Positions 1 to 11,984 of a stretch of 64,000 nucleotides of DNA are shown here, piece by piece (the stretch's first letter is position 1; each line of letters starts with the position of its first letter). The translations under genes were made by a program, and so were the position numbers. The notes beneath the pieces were generated by a model, which searched no databases, was not told the DNA's origin, and saw only the letters and a program-made list of their open reading frames with translations. The DNA lies in NCBI GenBank assembly GCA_950097015.1, contig CATNEN010000002.1:1922001-1986000 (forward strand), in the 5' to 3' direction. This stretch comes from Macrostomum hystrix (taxonomy: Eukaryota; Animalia; Platyhelminthes).

Positions 1-130
1 TGCCTGCGAACGGCGTCAAGGAAGATAACATAAATTATAGTGTCAAAATCATATACTGACTACTCAAAGTAGGCACCTTTCAACATTTTCGCTTCCTTAT
101 AGACTTCTAACCCCTCGATTGTTTATTGTT

Positions 131-684
131 TCTCTCTTGTTCTCACCCTCGCTTCTCTATCTTGTTCTCACCCTCGCCTCTCTCTTGTTCTCACCCTCGC
201 CTCTCTCTTGTTCTCACCCTCGCTTCTATCTCTTGTTCTCACCCTCGCTTCTCTCTCTTGTTCTCACCCTCGCTTCTCTATCTTGTTCTCACCCTCGCCT
301 CTCTCTTGTTCTCACCCTCGCCTCTCTCTTGTTCTCACCCTCGCTTCTATCTCTTGTTCTCACCCTCGCTTCTCTCTCTTGTTCTCACCCTCGCTTCTCT
401 ATCTTGTTCTCACCCTCGCCTCTCTCTTGTTCTCACCCTCGCTTCTCTCTCTTGTTCTCACCCTCGCTTCTATCTCTTGTTCTCACCCTCGCCTCTCTCT
501 TGTTCTCACCCTCGCTTCTCTATCTTGTTCTCACCCTCGCCTCTCTCTTGTTCTCACCCTCGCTTCTATCTCTTGTTCTCACCCTCGCTTCTCTCTCTTG
601 TTCTCACCCTCGCTTCTCTCTCTTGTTCTCACCCTCGCTTCTCTCTCTTGTTCTCACCCTCGCTTCTCTCTTGTTCTCGACCTC
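131..684. repeat. Minisatellite, ~20-22 bp unit (TCTCTCTTGTTCTCACCCTCGC), in the presumed intron of the oxidoreductase gene
   Basis: Tandem units read directly; they explain ORFs 119..712, 126..698 and 208..750. Confidence 0.95.
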
Positions 685-733
685 ACTTCTTGCATTAATA
701 AAAACAATTTGATAGTTAAAGCCACAAACGAAC

Positions 734-943
734 CTTCTCCACCAGTTTAATACCATGATCTTCGTACTCCTTGTCACTATAGCAACGAAATGAGCACTTC
801 TCAACTACAATAGATACTTTGTCACCATAGTGAGCTATAATTTTGGCACACTGGCTAGGCGTCAGAGGTGTTCGTGTCTCATTTGGCACCATTGTTTCGC
901 ACAGAACACCAATAGTGAATGTCTTTGATGTGTCACCATTCAT
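734..943 (-). CDS. First coding exon of an AlaDh/PNT N-terminal-domain oxidoreductase (saccharopine dehydrogenase / lysine-ketoglutarate reductase type); the gene continues beyond the window start
   Basis: IGVLCETMVPNETRTPLTPSQC...IVVEKCSFRCYSDKEYEDHGIKL fits the AlaDh_PNT_N pattern (E..R.PLTP ... V.VE ... R.F/Y.D.EY..G). A phase-0 donor AAG|GTTCGT at 734/733 is followed by a minisatellite. Confidence 0.7.
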
Positions 944-1551
944 TATAAATATATATGCTGGGAGTATTCGTTTTAACTGAGATCTGAAAGTTTATATATT
1001 TTGTGTTAAAAATAGCTACATAAACAAAGGAAAACAAGAAAACCATTATAGATATATACAAGGCAGTGCTCCCACTGGTTTTCAACATTATTTACATTTA
1101 GCATACAAGTAATGACTTTTACCAAAACTAGAAAAAGGTAAAAAGTAAAATATTCATTTGTATTTTAATTGTAGCCTTTTTACTATTATACTAAATGAAT
1201 TTTTGCATTGTGTTCATAACAGGTTAGGAAATAAATGAAATAAATGAAATGAAATTATGAATTATGAAATTATGAATTATTAAATGAAATAAAAAGGTAG
1301 CTAAATGTATGATAAGTGTTAGTTATATAGAAGATAAGGCACCTAAAGTTTATAATTTCCCTTTAAAGGGTAAGATGCTACAATTTTCTCTTCTGATTTG
1401 TAAGACAAAGGACAGATTAGGACAAATTATGAAATGTGTAAAACACTTGAATATAAAACACTAACATGTGAACAAACAAATAGTTTTAAAAAACTGTTTG
1501 CAAATAGCTGCGAATTTTTATCTATCTTTTTCACAGGCTGGATTGAGGACA

Positions 1552-1591
1552 CAAGGACTACTAAAACAAAACTGCTGTTTAGTAGTCCCTG
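1552..1591. mobile_element. 40-bp hAT-type micro-MITE or footprint
   Basis: 14-bp TIRs CA(A/G)GGACTACTAAA with 1 mismatch, flanked by an 8-bp direct repeat TGAGGACA (1544-1551, 1592-1599). Confidence 0.6.
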
Positions 1592-2233
1592 TGAGGACAA
1601 TTTAATAAATAGTGTAAGTTCTAAGTTGCACTACAGTGCAAAAAGTCGCTTTTGATAGAGTACTTTATTTAACAAACTAGTTAGAATAGCGATTATTTAT
1701 AAAAACAAAAACAAAAGACTTTGAACTTATAACACTAGCCAAAGACTGACTGATAAAAAAAATACCATCACTGTAATCAGCACTTCTGAGCATTATTGAC
1801 ATGTGTGTTTGTTTTTTAATAGCTAAGTGTCCATAATCAGATTTCAACGTCAAGTATTCTTATGCTGGCATATATAAATTCACTTCTTTCACGTGCTTGC
1901 AAAAAAATAAGCTCGCATACGTCGGAACGTTCACGCAAACAGAGCGTGCGCCGATCTAAAAATAGATCCCGGAGTGACCTAATTGAATTTTATTCTCAGT
2001 TACTTAAAGTACGAATGCAACTCTTTTTAGGAATATTATATTTCGCAAAAACGTTATAAATCATCATCTCGCTAACAACTAAAGTATTGTTGAAATATGA
2101 AACATTCTAATAAACTAAATTTGTTATAGCTAAAAAGAGCATTATATAATCCGCAAATCAGTCATCTCTTCAGCGAATGGTTTCTATGGTTTCTATGCTG
2201 ACAACTCATACTTCTCATTAGAAAGTGTATTCA

Positions 2234-2366
2234 TTTCTGTAGGACATTGTTTTAAATGAATAATGCAATTCATGACTTATGAGCAACCTCATCCATTTCA
2301 AAAGCCAAGAACGCAACATAAAATATTTACATCAACTTCATTAAGACATTATATGGGTTGCAATTT
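2234..2366 (+). repeat. ~135-bp dispersed repeat; second copy at ~5802-5934
   Basis: Shared TTCTGTAGGAC...CATGACTTATGAGCA(A)CCTCATCCATTTCAAAAGCCAAGAAC...TTGCAATTT. Confidence 0.85.
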
Positions 2367-2480
2367 ACACTCGAAATCCTTTAAATGTTATCATGCAATT
2401 TCATAAGGAAGTATTATGCAAGAGTGGCTATCTGGGACAAATATCTGGGACAAACAGCCTCGAGCTCCATTATCCGGGTC

Positions 2481-4321
2481 CATGAGACTTGCCCGCAGGC
2501 GAACTGCCCGCCGAGATTTGCCCGCAGGAGATTTGCCCGTCGAGATTTGCCCGCCGAGGTTTGCCCGCAGAGAATTTCCCGTCGAGATTTTCCCGTCGAG
2601 ATTTGCCCGCAGAGATTTGCCCGCAGAGATTTTCCCGCAATGCAGTTTCAATCTTGCAAAAATCGACTTATCGAAATTATTTACCTGCCAGATTTCAACC
2701 GTGTGAATCGTAAACTCTTACTGCCGCAATGCATAAGAAAAATTGAAATCCCGCTGAATGGTGCGCAATTTTAAGTCCTGGGATTGGAATTCCAGGTGTT
2801 TGCTCTCAAATCCCGGTCCCGGTATTGGAATCTCTAGCTAGCTGGTAGAGCTCTGTCTGTTTCAAAGTCACATGTCAGCCGCCTGGATTTTATCACCTCG
2901 ATCTACTCAACCACCGAACGACAAATCCAGTAAATAAGCCATGGAGTCCTATATGGTGCATGTCGGGGACCCCACGACATTTTATAATCTGGCCCTTACA
3001 TAGAGTATGAGTATGCAGAGCATTTTCTAAAAACATCGCCTTGTGCATGTGGCGACGGGCAGCTGGCTTATCTATATAACAAATTTAATGAAATTTAAAG
3101 ACCTGCTTATTAACACCTCGCTAAAGATCCAGAAAGCAGTGTAAACAAAGTCTGATGTGATTCTTTCTCGCTAATTCTATCCTGGACCCCTATATCTCAA
3201 TTCCCAGTCTTCGATAAAATGTCCATAAAATCTGTCTGGATTTCATTCTCTCTGGGTCTGGGTCTGGGTCTGGGTCTCTCATTCTCTCTTCTCTTTCTGA
3301 TTGGCTGTAGGCACCCCACCCCTTTAGCCTCCTTCTTGTCTTGCGTGCTTGTCTTGTCTTGTCTAGCCTCCTCATTCCTTTTATCGCGCCTCCTAACCCA
3401 ACCCCTCTATTTGCCCACCTTTCTTTGCCATCCTTTCTCTCAACCCCCTGTTATCTCCTATAATATATTAATACACTGCCCTTCCGTTCCTTACTGCTTA
3501 GTAGAGCAGTAGAGTACAAAGTTGTTTTAAGTAATTGAACCCAAGGACTTGATTGAAAGGGAATGAATAGGGAAGGATCAAATGGATGTGCTGGCGCTGC
3601 GCATCGGAAGATTTGCTCCTTTGGGGTGCTACGTAAATTCCGTTAATGTGTGAGCTAAGTAAATAGTTAGAGTGAAAATTGCTAATTTTCATTACAATAC
3701 ATTACCTACTGCAATTCATTTTCGCTTGTATTATGCATGCATAGTGATTGTACAATCGCTGTTAAACCTGTTAATTCGCAATTAATACCAGATGATACCT
3801 ACAGCCTCACCATCTACTTTTGTTCTACTTTTTGCCAAGTGAATGTACAAAAATAGCTAATGTATGGGATGACGTATGACGGTTCTGTCAAGGGAAAAAT
3901 AAAGTCATTACCTTATTAAAATATGCGACAAGCTATGCGAGCTGCTCCACCAGCAAAAATTGCTGCTACAAAAGATTATAGAACAGGCTACAGTAATTTA
4001 GCAGAAAGGAAATTTTAGGTGTCTGCGGAATGCCAAAGAAATATCTTATGCATTGCGGCAGTAAGAGTTTCAGATTCACACGGTTGAAATCTGGCAGGTA
4101 AATAATTCCGATAAGTATAAGTCGATTTTTGCAAGATTAAAACTGCATTGCGGGAAAATCTCTGCGGGCAAATCTCTGCGGGCAAATCTCGACGGGCAAA
4201 TCTCCTGCGGGCAGAATGCACTGCTGGCAAATCTCTGCGGGCAAATCTTGGCGGGCAAATATCGATGGGCAAATCTGCGGGAAAATCTCGGCGGGCAGTT
4301 CGCCTGCGGGCAAGTCTCGTG
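2481..4321. mobile_element. Foldback/MITE-like structure: ~260-280 bp inverted arms (2481-2738 +, 4044-4321 -) with 13-bp subrepeats GAGATTTGCCCGC
   Basis: The arms are near-identical reverse complements starting CAYGAGACTTGCCCGCAGGCGAACTGCCCG. No TSD or transposase was found. Confidence 0.6.
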
Positions 4322-4577
4322 CTCCCCCCCATTATCCACAATCTAATAACTTTATTATTCGGCATAGAAGCCGACATTGGCCTAGTACTAGCTATATACC
4401 CGAGCAAATAATATTCATTTGACAGCGGACGTGCGAACTGAAGCTGTTTTACAACTTAATAAACGTACAACTTAAAACTTACAACTTAAAAAGAAGTAGT
4501 TATTGCAGGAAATCTCCAGGATTAGTGTATTAATTTTTGGCCTCTTTTTCGAATGTCTTCGAATGTCTTGATCTTTA

Positions 4578-4663
4578 ACGTGTACTTTTACGTGTACTTT
4601 AATGTGTACTTTTACGTGTGCTTTTACGTGTACAGCTTTTACGTGTACTTTTAAGTGTACTTT
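4578..4663. repeat. Short 12-bp tandem repeat (ACGTGTACTTTT)
   Basis: About 7 degenerate units. Confidence 0.8.
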
Positions 4664-4929
4664 AATAATTTGCTATACAAATGTGTAGCCCTTTCTGTTC
4701 TGGCCGGGTCAGAATCACGCTGCAGTGTAAGTAAACACTATACAATTTTGAAGTCCAAATGGATCCCAATAAAATAATAATATAATACAGCTGCAGTGCA
4801 CCTAAATTCACTGAAAAAAGTACAAGTGTAATATTATACGCTACTTTTAGTATGCACTAAAATGCATTAAAAACCCACGACATATTTCTCACAGTAGGTA
4901 GCGGAAAATTAATTTTGTAAGCCAATTTT

Positions 4930-6796
4930 GTAATAAGTTAAGTAAGTAATTTTTTTTAATTACTGAAACAATTAAGTAATTTTCAGGTAGTGCGCACGTG
5001 GAATAATATAGAAAAATTATATAAATAAAAAAAATGAACGGTCAAGTTTTACTGATGGCAATTATTACCATGGGCTTATAAGAATCGTTAAGCCATCAGC
5101 TTCGGACCGCCCTAAGGGAGACTGTGCCAATTGAGATATTTAAGATTTGCAATCTTGTCATGTCGCAATAGCTGTTGCATTTGATGCTTAAAATTATTAT
5201 TATATCCACTTCGTCTACTATAAGTAGAAAACTTAGAAATTCACAATAAAAAGTATGACTTCGTTCCAAAATAATGGATGGAGATATTGTGTCGCTAATG
5301 AACATATGGACTAACTAAGCAAAGACTATTAAACTATAGTACTAGAGTATTCCTTGCACTAAAGTAATAGCTAACTATAAATAGCTAAACTACTGTAATT
5401 AGAGTGAAGAACGTTGATATAAATGTCTTCAGATATATCTTATCCCAACCCATGTTATAAAATAAAGCAGGCAAAAATTGCTTTCATACACAGGAGAGAT
5501 AAGACACGTGAGAGATTAGACACGAGAGCGATGTTCAGGTGAATTGCTAGACGTTCAGATAAAATGCTAGATGTTCAGATGGGATGCTAGTAGTATAATA
5601 GCAAAAACTGAGCAGTCAACAAGGCTAGTATAGTGCCAATGGCTGGTTTCAGGGTTATTTTAAGCCATTGACTTCGGACCACCTATAGTGAAAAATAGCA
5701 GCAAAACTGGCTTTTAAAGTAAAATGCCAATTATTTCGCAACACGTAAGTCGCAGTTAGCAATATTGTTAAATATATATATTCCCGGCCTACAATTATTC
5801 CTTTCTGTAGGACGTTGTTTTAAATAAATATTGCCGTTCATGACTTATGAGCACCTCATCCATTTCAAAAGCCAAGAACACAACATATAAGATTTACATC
5901 GACTTAATTAAGACATTAAATAGATTGCAATTTCGTAATAAGTTAAGTAAGTAATTTTTTTAAATTACTTAAACAATTAAGTAATTTTCAGGTAGTGCGC
6001 ACGTGGAATAATATAGAGAAATTACAAATAAAAAAATGAACGGTCAAGTTTTACTGATGGCAATTACCATGGGCTTATAAGAATCGTTAAGCCATCAGCT
6101 TCGGACCGCCCTAAGGGAGACTGTGCCAATTGAGATATTTAAGATTTGCAATCTTGTCATGTCGCAATAGCTTTTGCATTTGATGCTTAAAATTATTTTC
6201 ATATCCACTTTGTCTACTATAAGTAGACAAATTAGAAAATCACAAAAAAAAGTATGACTTCGTTCCAAAATAATGGATGGAGATATTGTGTCGCTAATGA
6301 ACATATGGACTAACTAAGCAAAGACTATTAAACTATAGTACTAGAGTATTCCTTGCACTAAAGTAATAGCTAACTATAAATAGCTAAACTACTGTAATTA
6401 GAGTGAAGAACGTTGATATAAATGTCTTCAGATATATCTTATCCCAACCCATGTTACAAAATAAAGCAGGCAAAAATTGCTTTCATACACAGGAGAGATA
6501 AGACACGTGAGAGATTAGACACGAGAGCGATGTTCAGGTGAATTGCTAGACGTTCAGATAAAATGCTAGATGTTCAGATGGGATGCTAGTAGTATAATAG
6601 CAAAAACTGAGCAGTCAACAAGGCTAGTATAATAGTGCCAATGGCTGGTTTCAGGGTTATTTTAAGCCATTGACTTCGGACCACCTATAGTGAAAAATAG
6701 CAGCAAAACTGGCTTTTAAAGTAAAATGCCAATTATTTCGCAACACGTAAGTCGCAGTTAGCAATATTGTTAAATATATATATTCCCGGCCTACAA
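4930..6796. repeat. ~865-bp direct duplication (4930-5794 and 5935-6796)
   Basis: Near-identical copies; the near-identical ORFs 5096..5305 and 6095..6304 show the duplication. Confidence 0.95.
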
Positions 6797-9364
6797 CTTA
6801 AAGTAAGCGTTTTTAAACGCTTAAAGAATATATCATATAGATGACCAAAAAGTGCGACACAATCCAATTGAGTACTTATTTTTTACCATATCAATTCATA
6901 TATGTTAACTTGTAAAGCAACAAATTATATGCAAAAATATGCAGGCGGTCAAGTAATTACAGATGGCAGAAGCCTGTGCGCTGGAACACTAGCCATTTTA
7001 AGCCATCAGCCTCGGACCGCTGCGGCCCACTCGAGATACTGTTAGCAGATGTGCTATTTAAACATTTTAGCGCATCCTTTCTTGTGGCATTGTCGCAATT
7101 GGACGTCGGCCAGCGATAAAAAATCCTGACGCATACTTTGTGTCTACTTAAAGTAGAAATGTTATAACATAGATAAGGAAAGTGCATTAAATATATTGAA
7201 ACACGGAATTCTCTGTCACCCGGCTGTCGATCTCGTCTGTTCTTCCGTCACTCTGCCTTCTTTACCGTCTGTCTTCTCCGCTACTTCCAAAGTATTATAT
7301 GTAAAATGGGTAATAAGTTTTTTAAAATGTATCCATCTTAAAACATCAAGTTGCACCAGCAATTCCTACGTCTACTATACGTGGACCACACAGCTGTTAA
7401 CCGTAAATGAAATATTGTTATTATCGCGTTAGTTAAAAAATTAAACCACTAAAATCCTGAGTAAAAACAAATAAATACATTTATTATTAGTGAAGGCATA
7501 AAAAGGAAATATTTTTGCTATATTAAAAAGAAAGTTAATCAACCGTCTCAGTAATTCAATTTGATCGTGCGCATAATTTCTTTTAAATGTATTGTTCCGA
7601 TCTTTCATTAAAAAATCTAACTTGCTTTTATTAAATTTATGAAAACTGAGTTCCGAGGGACGTGCCGCTGAATGTACTCTTTTCGTTTTGGTAGAGTGAT
7701 TTTTTATTTTTCCAAAAACTGACAGAAATAGTTAGTTGTAGGGCTTCTAGTAGGCCTACTTAACTGGTAAACTACTAATTTACTTAAGCTTAATTTACTT
7801 TACTAGTAAGCCTAAGTCTAAGTCTAACATCTATTATACTTTATCAAGTCTTGACCGTGACGCTGACACCGAACAAGCTTGGTGTACATTTGGGTCTTAT
7901 ATTGCTGTTGGCGTACACTAGATGGCGTGCATTAATTCGAACATGAAAATCAAGTTGGCGTAAAAACCAGGTTAAACCTAGCTATTGTGTATAGACGTAT
8001 AGTATAGCTATCTATTTGTCGTATGCAATGGCCAAGACACAAGTAAACTTACGTGACAGTTTAATGAAATAACTAAACCTTGCTTATAAATAAAAAGCCG
8101 GCATTTTTGCATCGTGATAAATAGGTAAAATAAAATAGACGCACTATTTTTGTTATCTATGTAATTTAGTATAATTGGCGTATCGGCGAACACTGCGCAT
8201 TTTTTGGGAGTTGGCTTAAACTGTTAGACAGGGTTTTTATTCAGCCAAAATGTGGATGCAAGCTTGCATCTCAAGCTAAAAAATGAATGCAAATATGAAA
8301 ACCCAGATTCAATCTGCATGTACGTCTAAATTTGCGAATTTTGTTAGGATGAATAAAATAATTAATAATCTTATTGTTTCATTACTTACAATGTATTTAT
8401 ACATGATGTTCTTTTGTAATTTTTGCTAAAAATGACTTGCATGCACCTTGATCTAAAAAATGCCTTTCTTAAATGTCATGACTCTTATTTTACCCTTTTA
8501 ATATAAAATTATACTGCCATATTAGATTCAATTTTGATTGTAAACCAATGTATATACTAGAGACTATCAAGATAGTACACAATATAGTACACTTTAATCT
8601 CTATCAAAATATACACTATCATTAGTTTATCACCACTCACTAGGCCTATTAGTATGAATTCGTAATCCTTTTTTGGCACTATGATTCTTAATCTAGGATA
8701 GGGCTGCTAAAAAATTGTGATGTCATGTCCATGGGCCATATGGCATTAATAAGTCCAGAATAGCTGCAACTTTGCTTTTTGCATGTATGGCCATGCATCT
8801 ATATAAAATAACACATTTTTGCTATTTAATTTGAATGACTAAGTTAAATCCTTGTAGTAAAAGAGCACTTGTCAAGGTTTGAGCATTGGACTCACAACTT
8901 GAAAATTGGAGGTTTCATTTCTAAAATCTATTGGTCATTGGTGCAATTTGGATCATTTGTAAAGTCTCTTAACTCTTTATTGCTTCAGTTCACCTAGCTA
9001 TTAAATAGGTGCCAGCTGCACCTGCATTATATTACATAATCAATATGTGTTTTCTTCCTCCTAGTCTATCAACTGAAAAGCATTAAGCAACCTTCAGAGA
9101 GCAATAGCTAGGGCAAGGTTTTGTCAGCTGCCACCAGATTCAAATTTCAATTTCGAATTTATTAAATTTGGAACATTATCAAAAAGAAAAAATAAGTATA
9201 TTGTTTTTAAGAAACAATAATCTAATAATAGAAAAGCTAATGCTTTTTTACCTCTTTGAATAAGTTATAATAAATTGTATAATATTGTGTTTTTTTTCAT
9301 TACTATAGGGAGGCACTTCTGCCTATTTTGCAAACTGAACCTAAAAATGAATATAAAATGCAGT

Positions 9365-9500
9365 CATACACTCACACAGGTGTGTACATCTACCCTAATT
9401 TTCTCATGGTCAGACTGTGCAAAGTCTCACTGTGCTTTTGAGGTTGGCCTTGAGGGGTGCAAATCACATGACAAGCCCCCAAACCTTCTCTCCATGACTG
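9365..9500 (-). mobile_element. Degenerate copy of the SINE at 37779-38004
   Basis: Shared CACTCACACAGGTGTGTACATCT...CTCATGGTCAG...CTCACTGTGC...GAGGTTGGCC. Confidence 0.6.
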
Positions 9501-10181
9501 CACCCCAAATAAGTGTGGCTTTGGTGCAGAATCAAGCTTATGTACCTTGGCAAAATTGCAAACTTTTTGAGTCACTGCCACTGTTCACCTGTAACCATCA
9601 GATTGTAGCAATAAGTTTTAGTAGGTCCTAGCTCGGTAAACAGCTGGTTGAATGTCTTGCTGAAGGTCTAGTGGTGTCCAGAATCAAACCCTAAAGCTTC
9701 AAATTGGTGACTTGTTAACACTGTATTATTGGTTAAAATAAACTTGATGCATATAAAATACCTATGTAATACGAAGGTTCATGTAATGTGCATTAACAGT
9801 AGAAATACCACAATTTTCCCCCTGGGAGAAGACCACTGGGTATTTCAAATAGCTCCCAAACCAAGCGTCCGATTTTCGAGACAGTCCACCATCTGAGTCA
9901 AATTTATGCCAATATTGGTGGTTTTTTGCCACCAGCCATCCCGACGCGAATCGTTGAATATCTCGACTATTGGATGCTTTGTGATTCTGGAAGTTGTTTC
10001 GTCGTATAGAGCAGAAAATCGGAGCCCAGTTTTTTGGATTTTTATGGCAATTGGTTGAATATTTTTGGGGATACTGTAAAAATACAATCTTCCTGTGGTC
10101 ATTCCTGCAGGTTGACAAACTTAACACAAATCTAATTTCAGATCTAAAAAGCATATTTATAAATTCCTCAAGCAGTCAGTC

Positions 10182-10565
10182 ATGTCCCTGCCATCGTCTG
10201 TGACAGCGGCACCGCGAGTGCGCATTGGCGGCGCAGCCGCCGCAGCCGGCAGCGGCATAGCAGCCCACATTGGCCTAGACGACCTATGCGGGCCATTGTT
10301 CAAGCGATCGTCCTCTGGCTCTGCGGCCACACCAGCCGCTGCCACGGCCGCCGCCGCCGCTGCCGCCATTTTGGATTTGCAAGGCGCCAGAGCTATCGAC
10401 GCCCGCCTGCAGGTGTGCCAGGAGGTGGACGCCGGCCTGGCTCAACTGGCGCGCGATTTGCACGAGTCTCGACTGAGGGAGATGCGCAAATTAGCCAGGG
10501 AGCTGGCGGAGGATGACTGGCGATTCGCACGCTGCGACACGCTCATTGGAGGCAATCCGTTGTAG
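10182..10565 (+). CDS. ANAPC16: Anaphase-promoting complex subunit 16 homolog, single exon, 127 aa
   Basis: The C-terminus SRLREMRKLARELAEDDWRFARCDTLIGGNP matches the APC16 signature as recalled ([31 protein letters not shown]). It has a low-complexity Ala/Ser N-terminus and GC-rich coding composition. Confidence 0.75.
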   Translation: MSLPSSVTAAPRVRIGGAAAAAGSGIAAHIGLDDLCGPLFKRSSSGSAATPAAATAAAAAAAILDLQGARAIDARLQVCQEVDAGLAQLARDLHESRLREMRKLARELAEDDWRFARCDTLIGGNPL

Positions 10566-11069
10566 GTTGGCTGCTAGCAATTCACCTGCTTAGGCTCCTG
10601 CCTGATGCTCCATGGTCTCATAATATTTTCTTACAATTCACAGATTTTTTGCAAACGTAATTATAGTAATTCGATAACAAATTTACAGAACACTGATGTC
10701 TGTAAATAGAGAAGAGCCTTCATATTTTTATAAAATTTTTCATATACAAACTTTAGTTTTTACGATTAAACATAAAATTAATTGAAATGTGAAATTTTGT
10801 TTTCATTGAATTTTCTGAACCTGAAATATTCTTAAAAAGGGTTTTAGTCCTACATTTACAGTGCAGCTGTGCATTGATTCATTGGTGTAAATATAGAGTT
10901 TGTCAATATTTAAAACTCATTTTTTCTGTATAGATTGGCATATATATTTATTCGCAGCATTTTGTATCCAACTGCCCATTTTGTTTCTAAATCTTGTACA
11001 ATTTGATGAAAATATTACTAATTTTTAAACCTAAACTAGCATGCGCTATTGCAAAATTTGCATTATTAC

Positions 11070-11427
11070 CAGTAGGACTACCAAGCCATTTAGGTGACCA
11101 GCAAAGGCGGAGATGATGCAAGCACATTCGGGTGACATGCTGATAACATTTGAAGGCCTGGCAAGGCCGCACTGAGGCGCAGTGCAAATTCGTGTATAGG
11201 GGTGTATGAAATACACTAGCTCTTATGGGAAAAATCTGACCTTCGACCAGAAACATTGAATATCTCGACGTTCTGAAGAGCTGGCGACTTGTTTATTGTT
11301 TCAGAAGATGCGCAACAAAAAGTTGGCCCGTGTTCTTGAGTTGTGTGTGCTTGCATTATTCCGTTCGGGTGCAGCAAAAAAAATTGTCAGGGGGGGGAAA
11401 TTCCCCCCCCCCTTGGTAGTTCTACTG
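11070..11427. mobile_element. ~360-bp MITE-like element
   Basis: 16-bp TIRs CAGTAG(G/A)ACTACCAAG with 1 mismatch and a subterminal G-run/AAATT/C-run hairpin. No clean TSD. Confidence 0.55.
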
Positions 11428-11689
11428 TTAAGATGAATATAGAATTTTTATAATGCACGAATGCATCATTAATTATTATGCTGTCTGCTTGCTGTTATAA
11501 TATAAATATAACAAACCAATATACACAGCTGTATAAGTGATGAATTCAGTATTAATAATTTATGATAACAAAATATTGCGATAGAAGTTTAGCGCAAGAC
11601 GTTTGTAAAATCTGTTATTATTTAAACAAATCCTTCAACTGGTCCTTGCAGCTGAATTCCAGAGCGAATAATAGCTTATCAAATTTATC

Positions 11690-11800
11690 ATGTCGGACGA
11701 ACCATTGATTTTAGCCACTGCTGGTTACGAAAATGTCATTAAACTGTGGCAGGCGCATAGTGCCCAGCTGATGCGCCAGTTGGAGCATCCTGGCTCACAG
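11690..11800 (+). CDS. MLST8: TOR complex subunit LST8, exon 1
   Basis: MSDEPLILATAGYENVIKLWQAHSAQLMRQLEHPGSQ matches the LST8 N-terminus; donor CAG|GTAGGT, phase 0. Confidence 0.92.
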
Positions 11801-11984
11801 GTAGGTCATTTGTTTATTTGAGATCACAATTTAATATATTCCTATACTAGATATAGGATGAAAATGTAATAAATTACAGTTGTAAAATCTAGGATAATAA
11901 AATTTTCAGGGACGGAATTAAGAATGTAAAAATATCTTCCGGTTTAAGATCTAAAATAAAATTAATGTTTGGGTGAGATAATAA

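Noticed and set aside
1-110. Next exon of the oxidoreductase gene
   Set aside because: No minus-strand frame after any AG gives the expected D.D..LGVKEVP-type continuation; the exon is probably outside the window.
7211-7357. Minus-strand open stretch ELLVQLDVLRWIHFKKL...EEQTRSTAG* after an AG
   Set aside because: It could be a terminal exon, but I recognise no homology and found no partner exons.
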